Source: Anthoceros angustus
Lineage: Eukaryota; Plantae; Anthocerotophyta
Length of the DNA stretch: 64,000 nucleotides
Assembly (NCBI GenBank): GCA_010909165.1
Contig: MU008166.1
Coordinates: 1,674,001 to 1,738,000 of the forward strand
Direction: 5' to 3'
Below, piece after piece: positions 46,261 through 57,964 of the stretch. Position 1 is the first letter of the stretch, and each line of letters begins with the position of its first letter. The notes under the pieces were generated by a model. That model searched no databases, had not been told where the DNA came from, and worked only from the letters and a program-made list of their open reading frames with translations. Both the position numbers and the translations under genes were made by a program.

Positions 46261-47051
46261 CATTAGCCTCTGTGACGGATATCACACAGGCTGCTGCGCT
46301 TGATCAGGCCAAAACCCGGATACTGACACACCTGGCAACCACAAATTTGCCACGCCTAATGAAGAGATTTTTCTTTGTCGAGACTAAGGATTTCAGAGGA
46401 GGTGGGGGCCGAAGGACAAAGCCCAGGCAGCCTTGTCCTGCCGGTCACAATGTCGTGACCAACAGGCATGAACGGAGTGAAGTGTCCACAGAAGGACTTC
46501 TGGAAGCCATCAGCCTGAGATGCCTCCTGAAACAAGAATTAGAACAGTGAGGCACCCACATTACAATCACAACGCAAAGGGCACTGGGTGAGCTGATACA
46601 AATCCACATGTGGGAGACAGAAAAGAGACAGAGGCCTCGTGCGTTGCTGCATCAAAAATTGAAATTTACACAGCTTGATTGAGATACAGTTGCACAGCAG
46701 GAAGGGGTTGCTTCGAACCCCAATTCCTGGTCCTGTCAAATGATACATAAGCTAAGCCTAGAGATGTCCGACAAGTGTAACAAGACACCCCCGTGCCTCA
46801 GTCTCAGAATTCTTTCACCTCCAAGGGAACAAAGCAACTGCAACTGCAGGAGGAGGAGGAGGAGGAGAAGAAGATGCTTCTGCTGCCTAATCTACAAGAA
46901 GGAGAAGGCCTCATCGACATTACCACCACCCAAGCAAAACTGGACCACCACAGGAGGGCAGAGCAAAGAAGGGGGTGCTGGAGGGCCACTAGTAGAGAGA
47001 AGCAAAATGAGTCCTACCAAGGAAGGAAGCGGAGGAAGCGCAGGAGGCGGA

Positions 47052-47582
47052 TCACGAGGACATCTCGCCCTCGCTCCCGGCATAGAAATTCAAGAGTTGA
47101 TGCAGGCCCATGGCCTCCTCCTCGGCGGCGGGATCCTCCTTGCTGAGCACCCACAGCAGGTGCTCGAACAGCACCACCTCGCACGGAATGTGCAGGGCCC
47201 CCTTCTGCTGGAAGCCGAACTCGTCCCGGGACTTGTCCAGCAGCGCCTTGAACAGGCTGTGGTTGAGGTACTGCGCCCGGATCACAAACCGCTGCTGCTG
47301 CTCCCCGACGTACACGGCCAGGCAGCCCGCCGGCACGTCCGGCAGCGCGTAGTCCATGCCATTGTCGTCCTCCTCGTCCGAATCCGACACCTCCCACTGG
47401 CTCCCCAGGCTCCCCAGGCTCCCCATGCTCATGCTCAGGCTGCTCCCGTCCCCCGTCGACCGCAGCGAGTTCGAGGCGCTCAGCGTCGTGTAGTCCTGCT
47501 CCCTGTGCGCCAGCCTGCGCACCACGCTCAGCAGCCTCGCCACCTTCCCCCCCTTCCCCCTGCTCCCTCCCTTCACATACAT
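47052..47582 (-). CDS. SAUR: SAUR (small auxin-up RNA) family protein, 176 aa
   Basis: PDVPAGCLAVYVGEQQQRFVIRAQYLNHSLFKALLDKSRDEFGFQQKGALHIPCEVVLFEHLL. Confidence 0.95.
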   Translation of the reverse strand: MYVKGGSRGKGGKVARLLSVVRRLAHREQDYTTLSASNSLRSTGDGSSLSMSMGSLGSLGSQWEVSDSDEEDDNGMDYALPDVPAGCLAVYVGEQQQRFVIRAQYLNHSLFKALLDKSRDEFGFQQKGALHIPCEVVLFEHLLWVLSKEDPAAEEEAMGLHQLLNFYAGSEGEMSS

Positions 47583-47690
47583 CTTTCCTCTCCTCTCCTC
47601 TCCTCTCCTTTCCTTTCCTTTCCTTTCCTTTCCTTCCTTCCTTCCTTCCTTCCTTCCTTCCCTTCCTCCTCCTTCCCCTCCTCCCTCTCC
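47583..47690. repeat. Compound polypyrimidine microsatellite (CTCCT/CCTTT/TTCC) immediately 5' of the SAUR start
   Basis: Seen directly. Confidence 0.9.
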
Positions 47691-50600
47691 GCCTTCACAT
47701 GCGCAAACACCCACTACCAGAATTGATGAACCGACATCTCCCCCTCAACCGGCGCACCAGCAAAGGTGGGCGGTAGAGAAGAAACCACCCACCGCGCTCC
47801 CTTCCCGCCTCGAGGGATGCAGGCACCGGGGGCTTGAAGAGCCTGGCAAAGGAGGAAGCAGATACAACCCACAAATCCCTCAGCGTCTCAGACGCAGAAG
47901 ACGCGCACAGAGGCAGACAGGAGGCTCAGGAGAGGCAGGAACCGGGAGAGGCAGGAACTGGAGAGGCGGAGTGCAATACAGGGAACGAACGATTCTCTCC
48001 TGGCTTTAAACACGGCAGGCGGAGGAGAGGAATGCAAAGGCAGCAACAAACCCGGCACCCAGCACCCAGCGCGAGCGGAGTTGGAATCGCCGGCGCCCTT
48101 CATTTACCTCGCTGCCCGCAAAACATTTCTAGAGCGAGGCCGTTGCAGCCCACGGCGACCCCACCACCGCCATCTCTCTCTCTTCTGCCCTTGGGCTGCC
48201 CTTTAACCCGACTCCTTGGTCACTTCACGATTCTCGATTCACCATTTCACGCCTCACGCTTCAAGGCCGCTTCCCCAAACCACATCTGTCATTCCTAGCT
48301 GCTTCCCATTCGGCATTGGGCCGCACCATCCGCGAAGCTGCGCCCCGGATTACGACAAAGACAAACCCATTACGTACCGTCCTGGTACGTACCGTGCTGC
48401 CATGCACCCAAGCAAATGCATCTTCTACATTACTTGGTTCAACTTCCAACATATAATTAATTATCCATCGTACGATATATATTATTTATTATATATCTTA
48501 TTTACTACTCATCATAAAATGATACATGGTTGTACTATGTATAATGATGTGTATTAAGAATTGTGTGATTTTCAAACTCCGTACAAATAAAAGTGTACTC
48601 AAGGTACTCTTTTGGATGGATGTTACTCTGATAATAATTTCTTCTTAATCTGAACCTGTATCGTTATTGGTCAAATTATTACCTTAATTTTAGATATTTA
48701 TTAATTCAAAATATTCCATATCTAATCAACCACATATTCATGTTTCATATCAACCACATGTTCATATCTCATTTGTCCAACCTTGCGTATTTATTTACCC
48801 TTGCATAACATGTTTAATTAGATAAATATAATATGAAGAAATGTATCTAGTTGTAATTGGGGTCGGATTACGATGCGCCCGACCGGCACCAGAAAGGCCG
48901 TCCGGTTTGCGTCGGATTCGTCGGTCGTGTGCGGCGAGTGGAAGGCCGGCTCGCCAATGGATGCGGGAAGAGAGACGGAAAGCTAGAACACGTTACAGAA
49001 GCTGCGGATTTGCTGATGGATCTCGGAACGGAGAACTTTCAGTAAGATGATACAATCTGGGGCAGACGTGGAAGCAAATGGCGGGAACGGAAGGCAAAGC
49101 GAGTGATTCGGTGCTGGACGGAGTGGGACGACGAGGCGAGTTACGCGGTGGCGGCGGTTGGATGCAAAGGGATTTGCATGAGCTTGCATTTTGAACAGGG
49201 ATCGTAGGTATATGGACTCTGGCCGATTGTACGTGGTTTGTGGAGCGCAACTGGAGTGGACACATGGCGCGTTGGGAGGAGGAAGGAGAGGTGGGGAGAC
49301 GTGATGAGAATGTGCTTTGTGTACAGTTGGGTGGTGGACCGAGGTTGGGAAGGGGATGTGAGTAGATGCTAGGGTTTGGAGCTTTTGAAGTGCAGTACGG
49401 AGTTTGCATTCGCTCTAGGGGTGACACATGGTGGAGTTGTAGGCATGTTCACACATGTGCGGAATGTTCGTCTGGCTTTTTGATACAAAACGACGGTGGT
49501 GGAGGAATGTTTGGAAATGTTGGATGGCCGGGGAACGCGGTTTGGATCCACTAGGTCCAGGTGCCGGGCTCCGTGGAGTTGAGAGTTATTGTGGTGGTGC
49601 AGCTTGGCTGTGATTTCTCCTAGTGAGGAGAGCTCGGTAAAGCGATCTTTTGTTTTCTTGACCCGGACTGATTCCATTCTTCAGAGATTCATGGACGCGG
49701 TAGGCGTGGTTCATATGATTATTGTGCTGCGTGCAAAAGGGAAGAGGAAGGAAGGTGCTTGGGTGTGATTTTTCCTCGGAGACTCGGTACGCTCCCGAAG
49801 TCATTCCGAGACTTGGTAAACTATTCTCCCGACATGTTTGCTCTTGACTCCGAATGACCTCCGGTCGTGTCAACGAGGCAGCCACGTGGTACGCAGGCTT
49901 GGTTACTATTGTTTATGCATTGTGCAGAAAAGGGGTGTGGGAATCCGAAGGTGGCTACGGGATGAAAGGTTCAAGGAAACGTCCAATCACTCCCTTCTCC
50001 CACCTCATACATGTGGGAACTGTTGTTGGTACAGCGGTATGGATGCTGCGACCACTCACATGTGCCGCTGTGAAGCCTGCTGGAATAAAAGGGACGAGCT
50101 CCGACACCACCAGGGGCTTGCACATGATCAGCATAGAAGTACATTCCCCGATCTGGACTGAGAAGCTGAAAAGATGCGACCAGTCACATCTGCCTGTCTG
50201 GCCACAGCGACCGGTCGGGGAATGGCAATGGTATCGTTGTATCTATCCCCTTCCAAGCTTTGTGCATGAGCAAACCGTAGCACTGGTCCCGTGGACCGCG
50301 GGGTGGATGGACGCCGACGGAGACATTAGCCCTAGAATCTCGGTGGGATTAAACCATGCAAACTTCTCATCACATCGTGGTAGTTGCAAATGAGGAATTC
50401 CTGACCAGTGTGGTTCACGTGGTTGCTGTATTGATATGTTTTGCCTGCAGACGCATGATCAACATTCGAGGATTCGGGGGAAATGCATCTGCAGGATTCC
50501 ATGCCCGTCCTCTACCTCGAGCATCACCCGGCCATCAAGTATGTATAAGCTGCATCCTTTGCTTTTCACAGCCCAAGTCAAATGCTGCCTCCAAGGTCCT

Positions 50601-51978
50601 ACTTCAGCCCAGCCATCCATCCATCGAGCTCCACCGCAGTGGGCACAGGCTCATTGTGTGAATCACAGATTTAAGCAGTTGAGCAAAGGTCATGCATTCT
50701 GCATTATCCCCTCTGATCCCACCCTGCCCTACTTGTGACTAAACGCCTTGGACGTGCAGCCTCATTCCATCCTTCCCTGTCCCACACTACCCCCAATTCC
50801 TGTGTCAGCACTTCCCACCCGTCCCTCTCAAACCTGAATCAGCCCGTCCATGCCCATTCCAGATCCTCCATAGTAACACACTTGGTCCTCTCCTGCGTCC
50901 ACGACTCCACCCACGCCCCTTCCTCCTACCTGATCCCCACACGGGCTTTGTCACGAGCTTGGCCCTACCATCTCTGCTCAGGTACCTGCAGCTGCTGCCT
51001 CACATATCTAGGTCTGCAGAGAGCGGACACAGTCCGTCAGTTAAAGTATGCTACTCTGGAAGAGAGTGCTATCACAGAAGCTTCTTCTTCAAAGCACAGG
51101 AAAGACCACCGGGGCCCCCGGCATGAGCTCTTTCTCATACAAAACCTGGTCGGCACTCATTCCTGGACTGGGCGGAGCAAGGCAGCTGGAGAAGACGGTA
51201 CGGCCATGGCCCAGTCACAAGGCCAGTCTTCCGAGCCGAGGAACATGCGCGACACTTATTAACCCTGCCACTCCCGCCCCAGCAGCCCCAGCCACTGGCA
51301 CATGCGGCGCATGTGCACCCGGGTCCCGGTACGGCGACCGGTTAAAACCCGTCACCCGGACCCGTCCCTCCAAGTACAACTGTCAGTGGCGGTAGGCGCG
51401 CGCACGGAACCGTGCGTCGCACGGTTCCGTAACCTCACAAGTTCACAAACTCATGTACATCGGTATCCTTACCCGTATGTACATTTGCTGCCGCAGCCTG
51501 CGCTTCCTTGAATGGACATACCGACGTGGAGAACCCCCCATCCGGCATCCGGCAGGTGCTACGAGACGACGAACCCTCGTCACGGAGGCCCGTGAGCGTC
51601 CGTGACCTGCGCATGGCAGGCGGAGTTGGAACGAGCTGGCAAGGCCGGGAACGGCGACCGGTTAGGCCGGTAAAAAAATGTTAATGACCGGGTGACTGGT
51701 TCGGGCGGTGCCGTACGTGGGAATTCGTGGTGAATGGTAGGCCCGCCGTGGTCCCGCGCCGTACTTTCCGCGTCCTTGACCGTATGCAGGTACCAGGGCA
51801 GTACTCCGTGGCAGGTACCGGTCACCTACTCTTGGCATCAGGCTTTCGTTCCACACTCGTACGTACCGGACGCTGCCTGGCAGCTCCGGATACGAGGGCG
51901 GGTACGATTATGGCGTTGCGGCATATACTTGGTTGGGGCGTTTTACAAGAGGTGTGAAGAGGAGCAAAATCTCACGTG

Positions 51979-53933
51979 TTACGTGTTCCTGCCGGCGTGC
52001 TTGCCCAGTTCTAGAGCAGTTTTGTAAGGAGGAGCTATGGGAGGCTGCGTGGGAGCCAGGGTTTCTCGAGTTCTGGGGAGCGGGTATGTCTGGTCAGCAT
52101 CGTAGCCGCTCAGGTCCCCGCAGGCCAAGAAGGGGATGATGATCTTGTTAGGGCCCTCCAGCACCGCGCTGCAACAGTCTGCGCACACGTTTCACACCAG
52201 AGGGGACGTCAGATGTGAGACGGCTTACCTGCACACGATCTTGGTGTTAGGAGGGGTTTGTGAGGGTTTTCCTTTTTTCTCTTACCGTGCTCGTCGGTTG
52301 GGCTGGCTAGCAGTTTCCGAAGTTCCCCTGGGTCCAGGCCTTCCGGGAGCTTGAAGTGCTCGCATACCACAAATGCCTCTGCCAGTCCACTGTGGTGTTA
52401 GCCATGCTTGTGGGTGGGTGGGGTCGGTAGGGTGCGTGAGGGGATGGGTGTGGGGGTATGTGAGCATGAGTATGGGTAGGTGGGTGAAGCAACAATTCTG
52501 TCTTTCGGTCTCTGGAGTGAAGTAAGCAAGGGTCTCGTTATACCTATGCTGGAGTTTCGGCTGCTCTTTGGTTTTGCAATCGTCACTACTTGGAAGAAAA
52601 CCTTCAGCTGCAGGATTAAGCAACGCAGCCGGGATTAGTTCACTGATGTGCCTCATCTCCAGTTGCTTTTTCAGTTGTGATGCAACTTGAGGACAGATAG
52701 GTGGAGGAGCTGCAGTGACTCACCTGTGAGTAGAGGAGGCTCATGTCCTTTCCTCTGAATATTTTGGCAACGAAGTTGCCTCCCTCCCTCAAGACGTGGG
52801 TGACGATTGTCATGGCCTGGCATGACACATCCCCAGCCAGTGAGTGATACACAGCTTAAGTGACTTGCTTACAAGATGCACATGAGCAGGTGACGACGGA
52901 AGGAGCAGGTTCAGTACCGCAAGTATGAGCTGTGATTGCACGAACTCGTCCATATCGTGAAGCCCAGTCACTGAAGGAGCCAGTCAAAGGAGCTCAGAAG
53001 ACGGTGAGACTGACTGCGATGCTTGACAGAGACAAGTCAACTTTAGGAAGGTCATGCTCTTACCATCAGGAGCACCGTCACACACAACCAAATCTGCATG
53101 CCGGCCGTGGAAATGCCTGATCACCTGAGTGGGAGGATATAAAACCAATTAGAGATGCTTGAGGTTATGGACGAGAAAAATGGAGCAGCACCTCGAATAA
53201 ACACATACCAGCTCTGCAGTGCGGGCACTTGTGATGTCTCCCTGAACTTGAATGACACCTTCAATAGGGGCCATAGGTTGCAGATCCACGGCCACGATCA
53301 AGGGAAGATCGCCATCCCTATTCACAAGTAATCAATACTGAATTTTATCCTGCCTGGTTTCTTCTAGGAGGCCAATGATGAGAGACGCAAGGTTGTCGAG
53401 GTACTGGGATGAGAACGCTTACCCGGATTCAGCTGCTGCCTTGGCTGGCACATAAAGCTTCCTGCTCAAAACCTGTAACACAAGTACATTTTAGCAGACG
53501 GGTGGAGACAATCAAGGGAGTGTTAAAGCTGGCTAGGATTGACGCATGACCTGGCTCCAACTTCCAGGCGCAGCACAGAGATCCACTACACAATTCACAC
53601 CTGCCAGAGCACCAGCAACATATCATACTGCGCCCGCCTGGCAAGTAGACCATCACTGACCGCAAATGCTGCGTTCCAAATGCACCTGCTAATATGCTGA
53701 ACTCTTCGTCGATCTGCAACAGCTTGAAAGCACTGCGAGCCCGCCATCCCTCTTCTTTCGCTTTGCGGTAGTAGATGTCCTGCAACCACGAATTCAAAAC
53801 TCCAGACGGGGAAAGCAAAACTTGGAGCTCAACATCGCCCTGCGTCGCATGATCCATGACCCCAGCCCAGATTGCCATGGCGATGACGTTGCAAACAAAT
53901 GCTTACCCTCTTGTCTTTGGAGGCCTTCCCCAT
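51979..53933 (-). CDS. TRM7: tRNA (cytidine32/guanosine34-2'-O)-methyltransferase TRM7/FTSJ1, multi-exon
   Basis: [109 protein letters not shown]. Confidence 0.96.
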
Positions 53934-54464
53934 GGTGGAGCAATTCAGAGGATTGCTTTCTTCAAGGGCATCGTCGGCTTCGTACCATCAGCCCAGCTGC
54001 GGGATAGACCTAAACCGAAAGCCTACGATCTGACCTCAGTTTTTCCAGGTCTTGGCCTAACTTGGCGAAAATGATGAAGTGACTTGCGGGCTGCAGATTG
54101 TGTACGTAACTATGCCCGTCCTTGATCGAGGCTGGCTGCATGCAATTCATGCAGCTGCAATACCGTCAGCGAGCGGCAATCACCCACAAGGAGCGGGAAC
54201 AGCCCACCTCGACAAGCTAGTGGAGTTCTGGGACAAGGTGAGAGCAGCAGAAAGATGGTGTCCTTGATGTGGAATAGGTCAGTGATTCTAAGGTGCAGAC
54301 TGTAACTCCGCTATGCGCATGTCTCGCAGCCGATGGCAGGAGTCTTGAAACCCGAAGTCTGGAACGGGAGAGCAGCAATCTGAGACATCTTCTCACCAGG
54401 CGTCGCAACCTCCTGTTCCCAAGGGTGTAACCGGGTTTGTGGCGTGATCAAGCGCAGCAGAAGG

Positions 54465-55001
54465 ATGGCAGAGGCTCAACTACCTGCCACCAGCGATACC
54501 ACGCAGCAGCAACGGCCCAAGCTGAGTTGCACCAAATACTTTGATGCCATCTACTTTTGCTACTGTGAGTCGATCTGCATTCTATGCACTCTCGTCTTTC
54601 CGCAAGTCAGGAGTTGTCTTGATGTCCATCACACAAGCTCATGTGGTCGGTTGTTTTTGACAGCCCCTGTTTACCAGATGACAGAGTATTACCGAGAAGG
54701 GGCATTTGATGATTGCAGAGGCAAGTGGTCTGCTTTGTGGGACTGCGCTGCGATGAAGAGGAGACCAGCCGCCGAAGTGCAAGTAAGCTGCGCCTCTGGC
54801 AGCATCTCCTGTTCTAGCTGTGTAGAATCTGCGAACGAACATTTGTCCTGACCTTTTTTCTGCTGTTTGCTTGCACAGGCGTACTTGGATCAACAAGCGA
54901 GGCCTCCTGATCACATTTGGACTTTCCGAACCCCTGAAGAAGCTGGGAAAGCTTGGAATGAACAGTATGGCCATAAGCAAGACCAGCCAAGCTCTGCTTA
55001 G
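54465..55001 (+). CDS. Small DUF3128/EMI1/C22orf39-like protein, 3 exons
   Basis: LSCTKYFDAIYFCY/SPVYQMTEYYREGAFDDCRGKWSALWDC../..HIWTFRTPEEA. Confidence 0.85.
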
Positions 55002-55652
55002 TCCTCTGCTGTTAGTCATCATCTTTCAGAAGTATTGACTCCCATGGAAGAGGCATTTACTACTTGCTCGAAGCAGGAGCATTCAAGTCATGTCTCCATT
55101 CCTCTTCACTTTGTGTGGACATACAGTTATTTGATTCTCCGTTTGAACAATCAGCAAATGAGAGAGTTAGCAGCAAGAAGGTTGCCAGTTTCACCAGCGT
55201 TTGGCTAGCCAGTTTTCACATAAACCATGGCCCTGCCCGTACCTTCCTTTCCCATTCCCATCAAGGTCAACAGGCTAGGTGCAGGACATGCCTCAAAGCT
55301 TCCTGTTGCAATTGACAGTTTAGCCTTCAAAGCTGATCCGCTTTACCATCTCCAGGAAATAAAAATCTGCTGGTATGTTGCTGCCTTGCAAAGTAGTCTG
55401 CCTCTGTGTTCATTCAACACACGCGAAATTCAGAACACATTTGGCTTGAAGCCGAGGATTGGAATCTGGAGCCGTTGCCGATTTGATCAGAGTATGCTTG
55501 ACGACAACCTTTGAATTTGTTTATCTCCTCGTGGCCCGAACCTCCAAAATAGCAACGGACTAATAAACCTTGTTCTTCTGTGGTCGGCTGCGTGTTGAAG
55601 TTCCCCTTGTGGAGATCGTTGCCTAATCATTGCCGGCATCCTGTTCCGAGTG

Positions 55653-57694
55653 ATGGCTGTAGATGTGAAATTATCACGTCAAGACCGCGTCTACCGTCCA
55701 CCGGCAAGTCCCACAATACCCCGCTTTCTGATTTTCTTCACTCACGTATGTGTAATTGAAGGCTGATCGGAAGTCTCTCAAGGGTATATTTCAGCAGGCA
55801 GTGTGAGCATTGATCCGAGCCCTTGTCGTGTTCTGGAGCCTTTTGTGTTGAGAATTTGTGCTCTTTGCAGGATGTGGTGGATGGCACAATTGTCATCACA
55901 TGCCCAGCCAGTCTCTCCCATCAGGGCATCAGACTAACTGCCGTTGGCACCGCCACGGCTCAGGTATCATTGGGGCGGTGAGACTCGGGGTATGTAAATG
56001 CTTAGCTGAAGAGCTCAGGACTGTCAAATTGGCTTATGTCGCCTGCTTCTTGTGCCAGTTGAATTCAAGATCAGTGGGACTTGTCGAAGCTGTTTGCAAT
56101 TCTCTGACGCCTTTACAGCTTTTGTGAGTGCTGATGCTACCTTGCGTTATGGTGTTCAGTGGTAACCTAGAAGGCTATCAAATAAGAAAGCTCTGCTGTC
56201 GCTGAACATGTCCTTTTCTGACTTCGCAGGAACAAGACGATCGACATCGCTCCAGCTGGAAAGTTGGCAGCTGGAAAAGTGGAGGTTTTGGTTGCTCTCG
56301 AGCCTTTTTTACTTGGCACTCAGATGTTCTTTACAGGAGGCATATTAGCTCATAGCCAATCAACACGGTTTGATTGAAATGCAGTTGCCCTTTCACATCG
56401 CGTTGGATCATCACAATACTGGTGCTTCCGAGCCCTTGTATGAGACCTATCATGGCGCATACATAAACATCCAGGTCAGGACCACGATGTCGATGCTGCA
56501 TTAGTTTCGGGAGATCAGAGAGTGCAAATGTGATTTTAGCAGTTGCTTTGCCAACAAATGTGCAACTCAGCACACTCGGTTCTTGTTCCAGTACGTGATC
56601 ACCGCTCAAGTGCTGAGGGGATATCTTCAGAAGGTTCTTTCTGCAAGTACAGAGTTCATTGTAGAAGGGAGAGGTCAGATTGCCTGATTGGTGTTTTCCC
56701 TTCCAAATGAGTTGCAGCTACCTTCCTGACTGACGGATCTAAACTGTGGTGCAGGACTTCACTTAAAAAGGCCTGTGCAACGTAGACCTTTTTACATTAC
56801 TTCGAACACTCAGCATCATGCTCTTCTTCCATCCATTCGTGCAGGTAAGCAACTATCCTTCAACACTGTGCAGAGGTAATACCAGACAACGAGATGGAGC
56901 TTAGACAAATGTGACTATGAAATGTCAAATGTACACACTGTTATCCAATCTCAATTCTTCTGAGCGTTGTATCGGTGAATGGGCATAGGAGGTTTTAAGA
57001 TCACCGGCAACATTGCTAGCGATTGCCTGGTTACGGAACCTGTTACTGGAGAGCTCAGAGTTGATCATTCAGATGCCCCAATCTTATCCATTGATATACA
57101 GCTTCTCCGAATCGAGTCAGTTGAAGCATGGGAGAACATGGTTTCAGAGAAAACAGACATTCAAACTACTCAGGTAGGTGATCCCAATCCCATACAGTAC
57201 AATGCCGTACCTCATTGATAAAACGGAAAGCTGCATGCATTCTGATGCTTCGTGCAGATTGCAGATGGGGATGTTTGTCGTGGCTTAGTGATCCCTATCT
57301 ATCTTGTGCTGCCCCGACTATTCACTTGTCCCACCCTATCTGCAGGGTATGCTAGTAGACATCCCTAGAGAACTGGTTCGTTTGTCTTGTTATCCGTTTC
57401 TGCTTTCAACATGCTTGTCATCTTAAGGAGCCTGTCGGTATGTTTGCCCACTGCAGAACATTTTCCCTGGAGTTTGAGTTATCCATTGTCGTGACCTTTG
57501 ATGCTGGCCTTGCAAGGCAGTCATCCGTAATCGACGTCCAATCACCCAAGCAATGGGTACAGTTGATGTTCATCTCGACTATAACCTCGAGTATGCGCTT
57601 TTCAATGCATGCATGGATGGTGATTGATATTCTCCGCCTAGGTCTTGTGTTGCAGATGGCGACAGAAACCATCCCTCTTCGACTGTGGCGGTAG
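55653..57694 (+). CDS. VPS26C: VPS26C/DSCR3 (retriever complex subunit), ~11 exons
   Basis: VKLSRQDRVYRP, SHQGIRL, LYETYHGAYINIQY, EFIVE, GELRVDHSDAPILSIDIQLLRIES, IQTTQ/IADGDVCRGL.IPIYLVLPRLFTCPT, FSLEFE. Confidence 0.92.
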
Positions 57695-57964
57695 GGGACG
57701 GCAGATCTGTAGACGCACGGGGCTTCCATCTGGTAACTGTCATGAAACCCACGCTGGATTTTGGATACTTGTGTCATCTGGCCTGGGAGGTCCCGTCCGG
57801 CCAATCTTGGGTTTGTCGTCAAGTGTTAAATTCCTGAACATGGCCGAGTTGAGAGACAAGAACGTGGCATTGTCTGTGCCAAGTTGGATTGTTCGCAAAA
57901 TCTGCCAATTTAGAAACCAACGGCTTCTAAAGCTAGGGGGGTGGCTGCTTCTCACCTTGAGTGC

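Noticed and set aside
39240-47726. Long antisense ORFs (39240-40391, 40853-41383, 46740-47726; likewise 9400-10068, 28576-29154, 38009-38995)
   Set aside because: Shadow frames of GC-rich genes on the opposite strand
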